Shown piece by piece: positions 38,470 to 50,650 of a stretch of 64,000 bases of DNA. This DNA is from Octopus sinensis (lineage: Eukaryota), in NCBI RefSeq assembly GCF_006345805.1, contig NC_042997.1, positions 211,048,001 through 211,112,000 on the forward strand, written 5' to 3'. Positions within the stretch are counted from its first letter, which is position 1. Every line of letters starts with the position of its first letter. Both the position numbers and the translations under genes were made by a program. The notes beneath the pieces are model-generated. The model was not told the origin of the DNA and did not search any database. It was given only the letters and a program-made list of their open reading frames with translations.

Positions 38470-39650
38470 GTCAAAGGAAGGCTCACTAGGAAGATAGTTT
38501 TTGTATGTGGCAGATGCTCAGGAACAATAAACACTGAGAATGTGCAGAGAACAATTTCAGCCACATTCCAGGGAGAAAAACTAGAAGTAGTTGATAGTTT
38601 CCATTACCTAAGTGACCAAGTCAGTAGCAGGAGAGGGTGCGCTGTAAGTATAGCTGCTAGAATAAGAATAGTTTGGGCAAAGTTCAGAGAGCTCTTACCT
38701 CTGCCGGTGACAAAAGGCCTCTCGCTCAGAGTAAAAGGTAGACTGTATGACACGTGTACGAACAACCATGCTACATGGCAGTGAAACATGGGCTGTGACT
38801 GCTGAGGATATGCGTAAGCTCACAAGAAATGAAGCCAGTATGCTCTGATGGATGTGTAATGTCAGTGTTCATACTCGACAGAGTGTAAGTACCTTGAGAG
38901 AAAAGCTGAACCTAAGAAGCATCAGTTGTGGTGTGCAAGAGAGATGTTTGCGCTGGTATGGTCATGTGACGAGAATGGATTGATGATAGTGGTGTGAAAA
39001 AGTGCCACACCCTAGCGGTTGAGGGAACCTGTGGAAGAGGTAGACCCAGGAAAACCTGGGATGAGGTGGTGAAGCACGACCTTCGAACTTTAGGTCTCAC
39101 TGAGGAAATGACTAGAGACCGAATCCTTTGGAAGTATGCTGTGCGTGAGAAGGTCCGGCAGGACAAGTGAGACCAAAACCTGTGGCCTCTACCTGGGATG
39201 TAGCCAGTCCACTTATGCATACCTTTCCTTCTTGGGACACAAAACTCTATTTGTGAAGACCTGTTGAGGCGAGTGAAAATCAAAATCAAAATCGATCAAC
39301 ATCAATGGAAATTGTAGCTGTGATACCAGTGGCGGTGGCACGTATGTGAGCCATCCAAATGTGGCTGTTGCCAGCGCTGCCCCGAATGGGCTCTATGCCG
39401 GTGGCACGTAAAAAGCAGCATCCGATCATGGCTGTTTGCCAGCCCCGTCTGGCACCTGTGCCGGTGGCACGTAAAAAGCACCCACTACACTCACGGAGTG
39501 GTTGGCATTAGGAAGGGCATCCAGCCGTAGAAACACTGTTAGATCAGACTGGGCCTGGTGCAGCCTTCTGGCTTCCCAGGCCCCAGTTGAATCGTCCAAC
39601 CCATGCTAGCATGGAAAGCGGATGCTAAACGATGATGATGATGATGATGA
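38470..39650 (+). mobile_element. RTE LINE (main family), 5'-truncated, with 3' UTR and (GAT)n tail
   Basis: KGRLTRKIVFVCGRC...GEKLEVVDSFHYL...AKFRELLPL, nearly collinear with 54800-56040; flanked by TA/TG repeats. Confidence 0.9.
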
Positions 39651-39889
39651 TATATATATATATATACATACACATATATACACAGGTGCAGCTGTATAGT
39701 AAGACGTTTGCCTCTCAACCCCATGATTCATGATTTCCGCTTCAGACCCACTGCCTGGCACCTTGGGCAAGTATCTTCTACTATAAACTGGAGCTGGGCA
39801 AAACCTAACCAGTGGATCTAGTAGACGGAAAGTGATAGAACCCCATCAAATAGATGTCCCTCTAACTTAGTGGTTCAGTAAAAGAGAGC

Positions 39890-41650
39890 AATAGAATCTC
39901 TGGCTGCCAAAAGTATTCTTTCTTTACAACACAATTCGTCAGCTCCAGTATCACAGTACCAACAGTGTCTTCTGCACCTCGTATTCCTCTGCCACCTTCC
40001 TTTCTTGGCAGACAGAATTGACTGGTATTACCTTGATGATGGAGTGCATTGTGCTTTCTGGTACCTGCATATCAGAAAGGAGCAAAATGTCTCAGTATTG
40101 GTATTGCCCATATAGAATTGCCTTTAATGATGTTCTCTCCAATTCATCTTCCTAACTCTCCTTTTCTTCCCTTCAGTAGCTTTCTTTCTAATTTCCCCTT
40201 CCATTATCTTATCATCTTGCACCATTCCTGGGTATTTGTATCCCTTATTTATATCATCACCATCATTATTATTATTTTTCTTCTTTCGATTTTCTTTCCA
40301 TTTCTTGCCAATGTCTTCCCAACACCTAGGGCAAAGCAACTCTCTCTACACATTCGTAAGTCATTAAAATAAACACACCAGATTGTTCAGTTTGATGTAT
40401 TTCCGATACCTGGATCACCAAATCTTGGTATTTGTCTGCCTTCCTTCCCTCGGCCAGTTCAACATTCTGGTCAGCAGGAACAGCAATGTTTATCATGACC
40501 CATCCATGTTTGTCTCTGTGTATAATTGTGATATTTGGGTGAATATGCTCCACATGCCTCTCTGTAAATTTGCTCGTGGCCCACAAGAGCTTCACTTATT
40601 ATTATTGTTGTTGTAATCATCATCATCGTTATAACTCCTTTCTGTTTGCTCTGCCAAGCAAACATTCTTTCTGGTAGAATCAGGACATTCCTCTTGATAT
40701 CCAACAGCTTTCACCAACCATTCTAATTTCTTGCCTCCCTCAGGTTCCAATTATAATTGGGAAAAAAAACTTTATGGCAGTTCCAAATATTTTAGGCCAT
40801 GTTATTCCTTTATTCTCTCACATTCTTTGTCTACCATTCCTGTTCCAAACAGTCAAGCATCATCAATTAAACAACACACTTGTTCCTCCTTATTGAGTGC
40901 AACAATACCTGGGGGTTTCCATAGTGTTTCATATCTAACAGTACCTTCAGATGGCCATCTCCAAGGATGTGTTCCGTTTTATGGCCATACTATTTTCCCA
41001 CATGTTCAAATCCAGAATTTCTTACAGATTTGCCAATGTGTGGTTGTAACAGTCTTGTCATGTCTCCAGTTATTAGAAACCCCCTGAGCAGGCACTTTAC
41101 ATTCAGGGACGACATCTGCAGCCATCACTTTCACCACACACTCTCTACATTTAGTTGAGATGTCTTCCTGATGTATCTTATTCTGTTTGTTGATCTTGCA
41201 CAGATAGGATGAAAAAAACCCCTGTCTCTTTCTTCAAAATTCCTTTCTTTATTCCCTGAAATGACTTCTCATCTCAATATCCTTCAGATTTTTAATAAAC
41301 ATTTCTTGTTCCAAAAGCTTCGCTTCTTTTTCCTCTTCTTCCAGTCACACCTTTTCCGCTCTTACTGCTATCAACATCACCACAACACTCTCAACAACAT
41401 ACTCCCTTACAAATCTCTTTCTCCATTTCCATACAGTCTTCTCCCTCCATTCTTTCTCTTGAAATATAAATCTTTGACTGTGTAGAATGTCAGCAGGTTC
41501 CTTGTTTTCCCATCTCTGTTCTCAAGGTCTTCCATTTCCCATCTAATTATTCCATCACAGTTTATGATGATGGCTACTTCGCTTGTGTTTATGACAGTAA
41601 TGGTATATACATGCCAGTGAGTTTGGATTTCAATATACTCTTTATCCTTT
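39890..41650 (-). mobile_element. Cluster of degenerate R4/Dong/NeSL-type (RLE) non-LTR fragments
   Basis: 39890-40120 reads LPRKEGGRGIRGAEDTV (RT thumb). 40330-40600 reads HPNITII...INIAVPADQNV...KYQDL (RLE). 40690-41650 reads DGKTRNLLT...RKNGGRRL, then KCREC...EC...RHD (CCHC), then PPGIV...CLID...PIIIG. Confidence 0.7.
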
Positions 41651-42674
41651 GGAAATATTCTCCCCTGAATGAAAGAAGAAAAAAAAATCCAGAAAAAATT
41701 GATAAAATGCAAGAAATAAAGACATATGGAGCAAACAGGAAGTAATTTCACAGAAAGTTCTTTCTGAAATAAGACTAAACTTTGTTTCTTGCACCGAAGA
41801 TTGCTTGCTTCCAGTTTTGCACTCTCAAGCAATGGTAAATATCAGTTTGGAGTGGGGTAAGTGAGAGTTAGATGAGGTTTGGGTAGGAGGGAGTGACAAG
41901 TAGCAGTGAAGAGCAGCAGAAACATAATTTCATAAATAGATAAGAAAGTACAGAGATGATGTAGAAGATGTGACAGTGGAGGGGATGGGTTGATGATGAT
42001 GATCAACTGGGACAGAGATGGGAGTTAGAGATACATGAGGGTGGCTATAGTGAGTGGGGCCACAAAATTGGTGGGGGTATTAATAATGGATGTGAGAGGG
42101 TGTTGAGAATGATTGCAGATAGGAGAAGTGTTAAACATGAAGCCTGGCAGAGTAAGGTGTAGCTAAGGGGGGGGGGGAAAGATTAGGGAAGGGACAGAAA
42201 GGGATGATTGATGGAGATGATGACGCAAGTGAGGCAACTGGTATTAGCGAAAGGGTGGTGGTGGTGGTGGTGATGAATATGTGAAGATTCTGCTCTCAAA
42301 TGGTTACAGCAGTAAAGTAGGACCGTAGTTAGAAGAGTAATGGAGGGATGGTGTTAGGAAGATGAGATGTGGTGAAGGGGATGCTTCACAGGGACAGATG
42401 TGGGTGTCGGGCCCAGCATGGGCACGAATAAGCACAATGCATTTAGGACCTCACTTTTGCTATGACAGATGTGTCTTTGTGTGTCATTTTGTTCAACTTG
42501 GACCAGCAGGTGTGTGGCCAGGCAGAAGACTGCACCAGACACAGCAGTCTGGTGCCATCACCTGCCTGGCCAGCTCCTGTTAAGCCATCCAACCAATGCC
42601 AGCATGTAAGGTAGATTTTAAACGATGATGATCATCATCATCATGATGGCACATTGATATTTGTTTATTTTCAG

Positions 42675-42814
42675 ATACCTCATCACCAAACCCATCCTTT
42701 CCTGGTCCACAACAGAAAGCAGCCCCAATAACATCCACGACTAATGTGATATCCACAGAAAATGTTGGTGGAGTTAAAATAAACCTAACGATTGGTTCAA
42801 TTACTAATGTATCT
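42675..42814 (+). CDS. Macro-PARP gene, first visible exon (phase 1 to 0): linker and macrodomain start
   Basis: Acceptor ttattttcag, donor GTGAGT. Reads (D)TSSPNPSFPGPQQKAAPITSTTNVISTENVGGVKINLTIGSITNVS. Confidence 0.85.
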
Positions 42815-43095
42815 GTGAGTAAATAGATTCATGTAACTTATTTATATTTAATTGTTATTTCATTTCCAAATGAGGAATCATTAAAGTAAATTAAAACATT
42901 TTCTCAATCAAACTCAAACATTTTATTTCCTTCACATCTGATATCTTGAGTATATCTTTTGCTAACTTTAACAACCTCAAACTTACTACAGCCATTCTGT
43001 AGAGCCTTTCTTAACAACAATATCAACTGCAACAATGTATCTCTCTTCTCTCCACGGAATGTTCCTTAGCTGTTTAACATAAATTACTTTTCTAG

Positions 43096-43322
43096 GTTGA
43101 TGTCATCGTTAACAGCACCAATGAACATCTCCAGCTTGACAAAGGGTCTATCTCCAAATTTATTCTCAATGCTGCTGGTCCCCAGATACAAAGCGAATGT
43201 AACCAGAAATATCCTCAAGGTATTTCTGCATCTGAAATAGCCATCACTAAAGGATACAACCTCAAGTGTAAGAATGTATTCATCTGGCATTACGCTTTTG
43301 GAATGAAGATTCCCCCGATTCA
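43096..43322 (+). CDS. Macro-PARP exon: macrodomain core, with a 1-nt deletion near 43280
   Basis: Acceptor tttctag, donor GTAAGT. Reads VDVIVNSTNEHLQLDKGSISKFILNAAGPQIQSEC...KGYNLKCKNV; after restoring 1 nt it continues FHLALRFWNEDSPDS. The exon is 227 nt but the flanking phases require 228. Confidence 0.85.
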
Positions 43323-44150
43323 GTAAGTATCAATCATATGATATTGTTTTATTGAAAGAGTTGTTGTACAACCCTAGGTAATCATTGATCCAGCATCCCT
43401 GTGGCATGAATGGAATTGTCCATAAAACTATGCACAATCCACAGATCTGTTTTTCCAGTCATACAACACCTCTGTCTGCTTCAAGACAGTAGCATGTACT
43501 TTGATGTCCAGTGATGTGCAGTTTGGGCTACAGTGTGACAGTCTGGTGTTGTGGTATTCTGTACAGTTTCCAAAGCATGGATTCTGGTTGTTTGAAATTG
43601 ATGTAGACTCTATTGTAGATATTCCCTGAACATTTCGACTCAACCATAGTCTCTTGTGTGCAGTGTAGAGTCTTTTGTGCCTGTGGCACCCTGCCTTGTG
43701 GGTAGTTTTGTTGCTTCTTGCAGTATGTTCTCACCCAGATTTCCCTCTTGTAAATAATAATTAATCTCCCCTCTTCCATATTACTGTTTTTTTTTTTTGT
43801 TAATTACAAAATTCCACCTGAATTACACTGTGCAACTACCAAATCTTGGAACATTTCTCTTTCCATTCATGGCATCCATATCTTCACTCAGACCAGACTT
43901 TCTGCTATCACATGATCTGTGTTGATCCTTCTGTCACATGATCTGTGTTAATCCAATGACCACATGATCTGTTAATCCAATAATCACGAGAAGTTGATTA
44001 ATGTTATTCAAATGTCTAAAACATTTCTGTTTAGAACAAAAAATTCTTTATGGAATGTGTTAATCAAAGAATATATTAATTACAACTTAACGATTCCTTC
44101 CTGTAATAAAATGTTCATTATCAATTTCAAAACAATTATTTTTTTTTTAG

Positions 44151-44378
44151 ATTCTGGCAAACTTGACTCAAATAATAACCATTTGTCTGGAAAAAGCTGA
44201 GGAATTGGGAGCAAAAAGCCTTGCATTTCCTACATTAGGAGGTGGAAAATTGAGGTACCCCATTGAAGAATTACCCGGAATTATGTATGAAGCCGTGAAA
44301 AACTACTCAATTCAAAATACAAGCCGGATCAAAGTTGTAAACTTTGTGGTTTATCCTCAAGACACAGAAATAGTAACG
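44151..44378 (+). CDS. Macro-PARP exon: macrodomain C-terminal half (phase 0 to 0)
   Basis: Acceptor ttttttttag, donor GTTGGT. Reads ILANLTQIITICLEKAEELGAKSLAFPTLGGGKLRYP...IKVVNFVVYPQDTEIVT. Confidence 0.9.
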
Positions 44379-44830
44379 GTTGGTTGATGTTTTTGTTGTT
44401 AGTTGTTTGATGTTGATATTCTTGGAATTTACCAAAATGATATTCTGCAATAAAGAAAGAAAATAGAAATGATCCTCATTATTGTTTACTGTCCTTGTTC
44501 TATACTATCAGAAAAACCTTTTGTTGACTGGGTTGAAAAAAGCTGCCAAAATTGTATTATGAATATTGGAAGTTTTTCACTTAGATTATAATTGAAAATA
44601 TACAAGAAATGGCTGTCACCATTCATGTAGATGAGTTGGGCCAATATCATCATAGACAGTCGATAAAACATACATCAGAAAAGAAACACACTCTTAAGAA
44701 CAGAGTAGTAATTATTACAACAAAAATTTAAATTTTGGACTTAGAGTCATCAAAGGTTTCGTGTCGCCAAAGCCAAAGCCTTGTGGACAGCTCATAAGAC
44801 TCTGTACAAAGTCAAAAAATTAAAATTTTC

Positions 44831-46057
44831 GGATCTTTTCCTTTTGAACGGCAGATGTCAACACAATTTCTAGTTAACTAACACTTTTAAACTTCGTATA
44901 CTGGTAGAATGTGTTTATAAAACATCATTTTTTCTTGGCTATATTGAGAAAATTGTATATGTTGTAAGATATTTCGTCTGAAAATTCAAGCATTTCGGCA
45001 ATTTTAACCAATCGCTCACCTCCATTTTGGGTGAAAAGATTCCGTGCTGTATGAATATGTCCCTTGTTTAAGAAACAGATTGGGTTTATTTACATTTGCA
45101 AAGAAAAAAAGGTACCCTTCCCCCACCCCTAACCCTAATCCTAATCCTAAAATAGATTGAAATGCAATAGATCGATACTAGGGCCATAATTATGGGTGAC
45201 ATTTTCATTTGACACCGCTAGAAAAAAATCCCATTTTCCGTAGCGGTGTCGTATAAAATTGTCACCCATAATTATAACCCTAGTATCGATCTATTGCATT
45301 GCAATCTATTTTAGGATTAGGGTTAGGGTTAGGGGTGGGGGAAGGGTACCTTTTTTTCTTCGCAAATGTAAATAAACCCTATCTGTTTCTTAAACGAGGG
45401 ACATATTCATACAGCACGGAATCTTTTCACCCCAAACGGAAGTGAGCGATTGGTTAAAATTGCCGAAATGCTCGATTTTAAAGTGGAAATATAATAATGA
45501 AATTATTGTATACAGTGCTCAGGTGCACCACAACTTGTCAGAAAGTGCATATAAAGTACATGCAGTAATGTAGAAATGTCTGGAAAGTGAACATGCTTGT
45601 GTGTGTATGGAGGGGAGAAAATCAAGTGTAGTGTTGGCGAATCTCAGGAAGCATGGAAGTCTTAAAGGATGCAGTGCTCCGACAACTAACAACCGATGCC
45701 GGCAGTTTGTTCCACGCTTCAGCAACTCTCAGCGTGAAAAAATGTTTCCTGAAGTCATGGGAGCTGTGCTGTTTTCTTACTTTGTAAATATGTCCACGGG
45801 TGTTAGATGGGTGGAGTTTGAAGAGGTGCTCAGAGTTATTGTTTGTGCGATGGTTGATAATTTTATGGGTGTCTGCCAAGTCAGCTGCCAGACGTCGGAG
45901 TTTCAATGTGTCCATGCCCAGGGAAGTATGGAATTTTCTCAATAAAGCCAAGAAAAAAATGATGTTTTATAAACACATTCTACCAGTATACGAAGTTTAA
46001 AAGTGTTTAGTTAACTAGAAATTGTGTTGACATCTGCCGTTCAAAAGGAAAAGATCC
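44831..46057. repeat. Foldback palindrome with ~390-bp arms; right arm interrupted by CR1
   Basis: 44831-45220 is the reverse complement of 45241-45492 plus 45932-46057; the loop is 20 bp. Both arms carry TTAGGG-like repeats. Confidence 0.9.
45493..45931 (-). mobile_element. CR1 LINE 3' fragment inserted in the foldback arm
   Basis: ORF 45622-45951 reads LKLRRLAADL...SNTRGHIYKV...RVAEAWNKLP; same family as 1169-1750. Confidence 0.9.
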
Positions 46058-47209
46058 AAATTTTCTAAGTCACGGGTGTGAGGAAATGCTTAGAAATCGA
46101 GTTAAGTCTTAACATATAAAAACGGTAATGAGGACGGGTTGTCTCCCCTGTACCTGAAGATAAGCCAACGCTTATAACCCGAAAAGGCTTAAACAAGGTG
46201 ATCCAATTTCCCAGTTGGTACTGCTTGAAGTGGACACATTTAGAAAAAAACTTCAGATCTTTTCGGTTTGACCGGCAGTTTTTTAAAATAATTTCCACGT
46301 AACTAAACACTTTTAAACTTCCTATACTGGTAGAATATGTTTTATAAAACATCTTTTTCTATTGGTCTTATTGAAAAAATTCTATAGTTTGTAAGATATT
46401 TGTTGTTTTTCTTCTTCAATTTCTGCTATTTCAACCAATCAATGACATTTATTGAGGTGAAAACATTCTGTGCCGTATGAATATGTCCCTCGTTTATAAA
46501 CACTTTCTGTATACAATATGTGTTGGGAACAGAAAAAGATTGTTTGGCTGGACCCGTTCCTTTTCTTCTTTCTCCTTTTATCTATACCCACAGTGTTGGG
46601 TACACATCTGCAGATATACTCTGTAGGACAGTATATATAGCATTGAAGTAAAGCACTGTTGACATACCAGTAATTCACTGGGATTTACTCAAAGCCAGTC
46701 TGTTTCTACAGAAATGTTCTTCATACATTGTTCACTTTCCAGACATTTCTACATTACTGCATGTACTTTATATGCACTTTCTGACAAGTTGTGGTGCACC
46801 TGAGCACTGTATACAATAATTTCATTATTATTATTATTATTTTCAAACAGTTTTGAAAATAATGAGGAATTAAGTAAAATCGGTTTGTCATTATTAAGCT
46901 GGTGTTTGGGCATAACATGGAATCTTGATACCAAATTCAATTCTATGAATAATTTTCTACAGTCACTTAAACAAGCAAATTTCTTTTCTTTTTATTCTGT
47001 AAGTAAAAATTCCTCCCCAAACAACAGAATATTCAAAAGCCTGTTCCTCATAGGAAGTTATTCTATGATACAATAAATGGAAATATTAATTTAAAACAAT
47101 ATTTGTGATAGAAACAATGAATTAAAACATTGCATTGTAATTAAGAGAAATTAATTAGGAAATTATTTTTTCATTGAGTGATGATAAATTATTTGCTTAC
47201 TTCTAACAG

Positions 47210-47264
47210 AAATTTAAAGAATATTTCCAAGAAATTTCAACAGATGGTTCAACTGCATCATCAG
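47210..47264 (+). CDS. Macro-PARP exon: end of macrodomain and linker (phase 0 to 1)
   Basis: Acceptor ttctaacag, donor GTAAAT. Reads KFKEYFQEISTDGSTASS; phases fit both neighbouring exons. Confidence 0.75.
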
Positions 47265-47802
47265 GTAAATTCTTTCTGTTTACTTATATTAAATATTATG
47301 CCAGTGTCACGTAACTACCACCTGTGCTGGTGTCACACAAATGGCACCCGTGCCAGTGGCACATTGAAAGCACCCATTACACTCTTGGAGTGGTTGGTGC
47401 TGGGAAGGGCCTTGAACTGTAGAAAGCATGTCAAATCAGATGGAACCTGGTGCAGCCCCCACCATCTTACCAGTTCCAAGTCGACCAGTCCAATCCATGC
47501 CAGCATGGAAAGCAGATGCTAAATGATGATGATGATGATGCTGATTTAGAAAATGAGATGACAGGAACTTACAGCTGTTTCTTCTATAAGATGCAATGGA
47601 CTCTTAGCCGAGTGCTGAATGGCACCTTGTAGTTTCATCAGAGCCTCAAATAAGAAGGGCAGCTTATTTGGGAGAAGAATTATAATTATGCATCGCCTTA
47701 CTGGCTCCCAGAACTGCCTGACTGGCCCTCGTGCCGGTGGCACATAAAAAACACCCACTACGCACTCAGAGTGGTTGGTGTTAGGAAGGACATCCATCTG
47801 TA

Positions 47803-48150
47803 GGGAGCTGCCAGCCAAGGCTACACAGACCAACCATGCAACCGAGAAAGCATCCCTAGGGAACTGCCAGCCAAGGCTACACAGACCAACCATGCAACCG
47901 AGAAAGCATCCCTAGGGAACTGCCAGCCAAGGCTACACAGACCAACCATGCAACCGAGAAAGCATCCCTAGGGAACTGCCAGCCAAGGCTACACAGACCA
48001 ACCATGCAACCGAGAAAGCATCCCTAGGGAACTGCCAGCCAAGGCTACACAGACCAACCATGCAACCGAGAAAGCATCCCTAGGGAACTGCCAGCCAAGG
48101 CTACACAGACCAACCATGCAACCAAGATAGCATCCCTAGGGAACTGCCAA
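47803..48150. repeat. 56-bp tandem minisatellite, 6 full copies plus a partial
   Basis: Unit GGGAACTGCCAGCCAAGGCTACACAGACCAACCATGCAACCGAGAAAGCATCCCTA starts at 47803, 47859, 47915, 47971, 48027, 48083 and 48139. Confidence 0.95.
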
Positions 48151-48856
48151 TCAAGACCACACACACCTCCCACCACTCCCTTTGTGGTAGATTTATCCTT
48201 ATAAAGGCAATCTCTGATGTTTTTGTTGTTGGGTGTTCATTCTTCTTGTTATTGCCTTTTTTTGGCAGCAGTACTGTTAAAGAAATACTTTTTGGATGGC
48301 TGTTGAATCTGCAGAGATCATCCAACCTTTGACAGGTTTTGTTTTTCATTCTGCAGGATGGCCACCCAGCCTCTGCAGAAGCAATTCCTGTCTTTTCTTT
48401 GCCTGTCTTCTCAATGTACCCACCCTAATCCTACCCTTTCACTCCACTGGTTCCGTTTTGCTTCAATAGCAGTATTTAGTTCATGCCACAAAACTCCTTG
48501 CTCTCCCAAATTTATGGGGTTGATGAAATAAGGACCACCTGAGCACTGGGGTCGATACAATCACCTAGCCCCCACCCCCACCCCCAAAATTGCAGGCCTT
48601 GTTCCCTATAGTAGAAAGAATTATCAACATTATTATTATTATCATTATGATTATGTTCTAGTGTTACTTTCTTTCATACAAGCTTCAACCAAGTCTCAAC
48701 CAGGGAAGTCACAGAAGAAAAAATTTAGGCATCGAAATGTGAAAAAAGGTGAGGTGACATGCATTTTGGAGAACTGATTCCTCTATATGAAATGATGGAA
48801 TCATCTTTTTCTAAAATTTATAAAACTGAATGAATTTACAGAGAAAGAAATTTACA

Positions 48857-48861
48857 TAATA

Positions 48862-48898
<37 letters not shown>

Positions 48899-49490
48899 AT
48901 TATTAATATTATTAATATTATTATTAATATTATTATTATTAATATTATTATTATTATTAATATTATTATTATTATTATTATTATATTATTATTATTATTA
49001 TTATATTATCATTAATATTATTATTATTATTATTATTAATATTATCATTAATATTATTATTATTAATATTATTATTATTATTATTAATATTATTATTATC
49101 ATTATTATTAATATTATTATTATTATTATTATTACTATTAATATTATTATTATTAATATTATTATTATTATTATTATTATTATATTATTATTATTAATAT
49201 TATTATTATTAATATTATTATTATTATTATTAATATTATTATTAATATTATTATTATTATTAATATTATTATTATTAATATTATTATTATTAATATTATT
49301 ATTATTAATATTATTATTATTATTAATATTATTATTAATATTATTATTATTAATATTATTATTATTATTATTAATATTATTATTATTATCATTATCATTA
49401 TTATCATTATCATTATTATTATTATCATTATTAATATTATTAATATTATTATTAATATTATTATTAATATTATTATTATTATTATTATTT
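48857..49490. repeat. ~630-bp (ATT)n/ATTAAT simple satellite
   Basis: Almost pure A/T with a few ATC/ACT units; explains the N/I-rich ORFs at 49001 and 49180. Confidence 0.95.
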
Positions 49491-49529
49491 CTTCTTTGTT
49501 GAAACAAGTATTTTCTTTCACTCTCATTC

Positions 49530-50650
49530 TTTATGACCGTATTTTTTTTCCTAAGCGAATCCATTATGAGCTCATCTAACAAGCGTAAACTTAGCTCTCA
49601 CCATCTAAATACATGAAACCCTATCCTAGACCTACACAACGAGATCACTAACACCGATCGCAATAATATAAGAAATGCGCCTGGCCCTAACGCTTTGAAT
49701 GGCTTAAACATAGATAATATAATCCTTGCTTTGGAGGAAAATGGGTGCACAGTTGAAACCAACGCTAATACTAATAGGAATACCGATACTAACAATACTA
49801 ACTATATTATAACCACTACAACTACTAATACCTCTACTATAACTAATAATAACACCAGCAATAAGACAACCACCAATGGCAATATTACCATTACCGAAAA
49901 TAATACTATTACTAACACTCTTACCATAAACGCTACTACTAATAGTTACAATAATAACACTAACACCATCACCACCACTACCAATGCTACTACTACTACT
50001 ACTACTACTACTACTAGTAATAATAATAACTATGATAGCTATAATGGCAGTAATAATAATAATGGTAATGATGGCAGTGATATTGACAGAAATAACAGCA
50101 ATGATAACAACAATATCATGAACGAATCACCTAATACAAACTAAGCGTTTAACTTGTCTGCTAGAAGTAGTACTATTTCATCCCTCTCTCCAACTAACCA
50201 TCACAGAATAGATAACTGCAGCTTCAGATCTGGGACCGAGTGCCCACTGCAAGCCCAATGCAAAACATTCAACATGGTATACCAATGCACTGTCCATAAC
50301 ATATTAAATAACTCCAATAATTACTATATTGGATCAAACAAAGATATTCTGCACATTGAAACTCATTTAAATATAAAGAGCAATTCCACATCACAAACCA
50401 GTCCCATACACCATCTGATTAATAGAAAAATACAATATAGACTTTCCTGGGCTATAATAGACTCTGACATCCCATGTCAGGACCTGCACTCCATTTGTGG
50501 ACTCTGCTTAAAAGAAGCCCTCAAAATTTGAACCCATAACTCACCACAATTGGTTAACAAACACAACGAAGCCTTCACAATATGTAAATGTAAATTCTTC
50601 TGCACTTTTAATTTCTTCCATAAATCCAAATGTAAACTTACCCCCCTCCA
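49530..50650 (+). mobile_element. Degenerate Penelope-like element (GIY-YIG)
   Basis: ORF 50154-50531 reads CPLQAQCK...VYQCTV...YYIG...WAII...CGLCLKE (Cys linker plus GIY-YIG). An Asn/Thr microsatellite-like linker lies upstream. Confidence 0.7.

Noticed and set aside
39949-40030. Phase 0-to-1 open frame as an upstream PARP exon
   Set aside because: The opposite strand encodes the R4-type LPRKEGGRG motif, so it is TE-derived.
49001-49582. 193-aa and 115-aa ORFs rich in N and I
   Set aside because: Translations of the (ATT)n satellite.
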